The notes below the pieces were generated by a model, which searched no databases, was not told the DNA's origin, and saw nothing but the letters and a program-made list of their open reading frames with translations. DNA of 19,906 nucleotides from Chthonomonadales bacterium (GTDB lineage Bacteria > Armatimonadota > Chthonomonadetes > Chthonomonadales > Chthonomonadaceae). Positions within the stretch are counted from its first letter, which is position 1. Each line of letters begins with the position of its first letter. Positions 17,368-19,906 of this stretch are shown piece by piece. The translations under genes and the position numbers were made by a program. Where the stretch lies: contig JBBQPO010000091.1 in assembly GCA_038217285.1 (NCBI GenBank), positions 1 through 19,906 on the forward strand, written 5' to 3'.

Positions 17368-18056
17368 ATGAATGATCTAAATACGCGCTTCTCTAAACGC
17401 CGCAAAATTTTGACGGTGCGGCAGGATGCGATGCAAGTGGCTGCGGAAATTCGAAATCTTCTCGGTCCGAACAGTGAGTCGGTGTTGCGGACCTTACTGG
17501 ACGAACTGCATCCCGCCGATCTGGCCGATGCGATGCTGTTTTTAACAGCCAAAGAAGAGAAGGTCGTCTTCAATCTTCTCGATTATGCGGAAGCGGCCGA
17601 AGTGCTTGATGAAGTCGACGCGACAACGGAAGCAAACCTGGTCCAGGGCGTAAGTGCAGAGCGACTCGCCCGAATTTTGGAAGAGATTCCCTCCGATGAA
17701 GGGGCGAACGTGCTCGGGGAAATCGGCAAAGACCAGGCGGAACAAGTGCTTTCGCTTATGCAAGCGAAACCCGCTCAGGAAATCCGTACACTACTCGCCT
17801 ACCCCAAGCACTCGGCAGGCGGCATCATGTCTTTAGGTTTTGTGGATGTGCCGGAAACGGCGACACAAGCGGAAGCGCTGCAGCGCTTCCAGGCAAAATC
17901 GCAGGGGCGGTTGGGACGATTGTACCCCTGCTCTCTAAGCGGGCGGGCTTTGATCCGGCTCTCACGGCAGGCCCCTTTGAAACCGCCTTTCAAGATGTCA
18001 TCGGCATCAGTATCTTCCTCAGTTTAGCAGCAGGGCTCCTGCATCTATTACGCTGA
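17368..18056 (+). pseudogene. mgtE: Magnesium transporter MgtE, internally deleted and frameshifted
   Basis: The first frame gives MgtE_N (LHPADLAD) and the CBS entry (YPKHSAGGIM) up to about 17897. The -1 frame 17898-18056 reads IAGAVGTIVPLLSKRAGFDPALTAGPFETAFQDVIGISIFLSLAAGLLHLLR*, the MgtE C-terminus. Most of the CBS pair, the plug helix and most TM helices are missing. Confidence 0.88.
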
Positions 18057-18215
18057 CAGTCATATCCGAACTTCTATCAACACCGTCGCCAAAAGGGCTG
18101 GCGGATCATGAATGACGATAGGGCTTTCGGATCGAAGGTGTACGAGCTAACTCAACAACTTTCGGAGGCCGAAAACCCATCGTGTCCGTTGTGAATTGTC
18201 ACCATTCTGGTAGTC

Positions 18216-18231
18216 GATCCGACCCCGGATC
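18216..18231 (-). terminator. Short hairpin just downstream of the 133-aa gene; possible terminator or 3' stabilizer
   Basis: GATCCG-ACCC-CGGATC, 4 nt past the stop codon; no U-tract. Confidence 0.25.
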
Positions 18232-18235
18232 CCTG

Positions 18236-18637
18236 CTACTGGCGCGTCACCTTGTAAGTATAGACCTGGCCTTGAATCACGGTGCCGGTAATCGTCGTGC
18301 CATCGGCGCTGAGCGTTCCCGTTATCGGCAGTCTGCCTTCCCCGTTCGAGACAGAACCGGAGAACTGTGAGGCCGACGACGCCATGCCGACGAGCTTCAG
18401 TGTAGAATCGAAGATGGGAGCACCGAAGTGGACGCTGCCGCTCAGAGCGGATACAGACTGCGAGATGCGCATGGTAAACGCTCCCGTCCCAAACGAAGTG
18501 GTGATAGTACCGCTCCAGTTGCCGGAGAAGGTCGCAGACGCAGTGCCGCCGCCTCCACCACTTGCCCGAACGCCCGAAGGTGCGAACAACAGTGCCAGAC
18601 CACACAACAGTACAACCAAACTGAGAATGCGTTTCAT
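18236..18637 (-). CDS. Small secreted beta-strand-rich hypothetical protein
   Basis: ATG 18637 with strong AAAGGAGA SD; signal peptide MKRILSLVVLLCGLALLFAPSGVRA-S; Gly linker, then alternating beta-strand pattern with an early G-x-W (FSGNWSG); 133 aa. Confidence 0.85.
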   Translation of the reverse strand: MKRILSLVVLLCGLALLFAPSGVRASGGGGGTASATFSGNWSGTITTSFGTGAFTMRISQSVSALSGSVHFGAPIFDSTLKLVGMASSASQFSGSVSNGEGRLPITGTLSADGTTITGTVIQGQVYTYKVTRQ

Positions 18638-18641
18638 GATG

Positions 18642-18724
18642 TCTCCTTTGAGATCGTTCCGACCGATAGCGAAAGTCCATTGCTGCGCTGAGCGGATGCG
18701 GTCGTTGCGTATCTGCAAAGGAGA
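18642..18724 (-). promoter_or_regulatory. Long 5' leader hairpin sequestering the Shine-Dalgarno of the 133-aa gene
   Basis: Nested complementary blocks of 9, 4, 2 and 6 bp, plus an inner 4 bp. The 9-bp block pairs UCUCCUUUG with CAAAGGAGA, which contains the SD. Confidence 0.55.
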
Positions 18725-19031
18725 GGCTGCAGGGGGCTGATTAAATACATCAACTGACCAACTCTCGTGAAATACTTGACTGTCACTCGGCCAGCAGCCC
18801 AAATGGGAGACCCAACACACAACCTATCTCGACCATTGTGCCTTGTCCACAGAGTATCTGCAACACCTGCTGGCGGTCGCCGAGATGTACGTGCTGGACG
18901 AGGCTCGGTGAATGGTGGAAACAGGCCAAGTTACCAGGCGGTGACTCCGCCTTCGGTAACTTCACAATACAGAGACAAAACCTAACTGCTCGCCCGCCGA
19001 CGGCGTTTGACACTTAAGACTTATTGCGTAA

Positions 19032-19296
19032 TTTGGCTCTTTGTACCAGCGGAATTTGAAAGAGAACTGATTCGCGAGAGAACCAACGCGGGTTTGGTCG
19101 CAGCCCGTGCCCGAGGGAGAAAGTGCGGTAGGCCTCCTGAGAACATACCAAGAAGCAGGAGGCGGTCGTGGCATTGTGGGAGGATCCGAAGCGTTCAGTC
19201 CAGGAGATATGTGAAATGCTGCACATTTCGCCAGCGACATTCTACCGCTATGTCAGTACTGGCAAGCGGCGAGGGGAAAACGACCAGCTAAGATGA
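19032..19296 (+). pseudogene. Serine recombinase (resolvase/invertase) C-terminal remnant
   Basis: FGSL / AEFERELIRERTNAGLVAARARGRKCGRPP / KKQEAVVALWEDPKRSVQEICEMLHISPATFYRYV (HTH_7), split by frameshifts near 19044-19048 and 19140. The catalytic N-terminus (YARVST) is absent. Confidence 0.85.
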
Positions 19297-19354
19297 AAAA
19301 GGACTTCAGACAACAGGTTCCCGCTTCTAAAATCTCCATAAGGAGTTCCCATCT

Positions 19355-19906
19355 ATGATAGTAAGCACGCGTACCATCCTCACCAACATACTTTTGGTGT
19401 CGTTAGCCTTTTCCAGCCTTGCACGCGCGCAGAAAGTCTCGGACAAGCAGACGGCTGACCGCGTGCTTCATGCGGCTAACTTTGACGACGGTAAGCACGA
19501 AGGGTGGACCAACTACGGAGCTGATGTCATTGTTGGCCCGATCAACGGAATCCCTGCTCTGCAGACTCAGGGTGACAGCCAAGTCTTCTGGGGGGACGCG
19601 AGCGACCAGAGCAAGAGGCACCAGGATGTCTCCATAGAGGGAGATGTAACGGTCGAACGAAACGACGGGAGTTCTGGCTTCATCGTGCGGGCCACCAGGC
19701 AGACGAACGGCAGCGACTGTAGCGGATACTATGCTTGCATCCGAAAGCTGGGGGCAGGTTATACAATCGGTAGTGCTGCATTAAACGGTGACACTGGCCA
19801 TACCTCCTTTCGTTTCCCTGGCCCCTGTTTTTCCAGGTGGACGCCCTCTTCGTTTCGGAGGAACCAACGGCGCAGGAGCGATCTGGTGGCAGAGCAAATC
19901 TCCCAC
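19355..19906 (+). CDS. Secreted protein with DUF1080/concanavalin-like domain, partial (runs off the window)
   Basis: TAAGGAG SD, ATG 19355, open to the window end. Signal peptide ending ARA-Q, then NFDDGKHEGWTNYG...DVSIEGDVTV...SGFIVRA...SGYY. Absent from the ORF track, presumably because it has no stop in the window. Confidence 0.65.
   Translation, partial: MIVSTRTILTNILLVSLAFSSLARAQKVSDKQTADRVLHAANFDDGKHEGWTNYGADVIVGPINGIPALQTQGDSQVFWGDASDQSKRHQDVSIEGDVTVERNDGSSGFIVRATRQTNGSDCSGYYACIRKLGAGYTIGSAALNGDTGHTSFRFPGPCFSRWTPSSFRRNQRRRSDLVAEQISH

Noticed and set aside
17893-17931. Programmed -1 frameshift at GCA AAA followed by the hairpin GCAGGGG...CCCCTGC, which would join the two mgtE frames
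   Set aside because: There is no canonical X XXY YYZ heptamer, and the fused product would still lack most CBS and TM segments. A deletion explains it more simply.
17901-17970. Group II intron 3' end (GAGAGCCGGAT on the - strand plus a bulged-A hairpin)
   Set aside because: No complete domain V helix, and the sequence is fully explained as MgtE C-terminal coding sequence.
18638-18820. ORF-track N-terminal extensions (18820; also 6607, 10310, 13161, 14119)
   Set aside because: Downstream starts have clear SD sequences and put signal peptides at the N-terminus; several extensions overlap neighbouring genes.

Overview
GC-rich bacterial window (core genes roughly 60-65% GC; the PSD1/cytochrome c + DUF1501 pair suggests a Planctomycetota/Armatimonadota/Acidobacteriota-type organism, by inference only). 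From left to right: (1) a + strand RND pump and a periplasmic adaptor with an unusually long alpha-hairpin, with no outer-membrane factor in the window; (2) a tightly packed - strand run of SEC-C protein, secreted SMP-30 lactonase, GH106 alpha-L-rhamnosidase, CE12-type rhamnogalacturonan acetylesterase, PSD1/planctomycete cytochrome c protein and Tat-exported DUF1501 protein; (3) a lower-GC two-gene cassette of a HEPN protein plus a small orphan that may be a degenerate MNT fold; (4) a PhyH-family dioxygenase; (5) an mgtE pseudogene with a large internal deletion; (6) a small secreted beta-rich protein whose ribosome-binding site lies inside a long 5' leader hairpin; (7) a decayed serine resolvase; (8) a secreted DUF1080-like ORF running off the window end. 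No rRNA, tRNA or CRISPR array was seen. The best leads are the HEPN-orphan cassette, the linkage of DUF1501/PSD1 to rhamnogalacturonan enzymes, and the SD-sequestering leader. All family calls come from motif recognition by eye; no searches were run.
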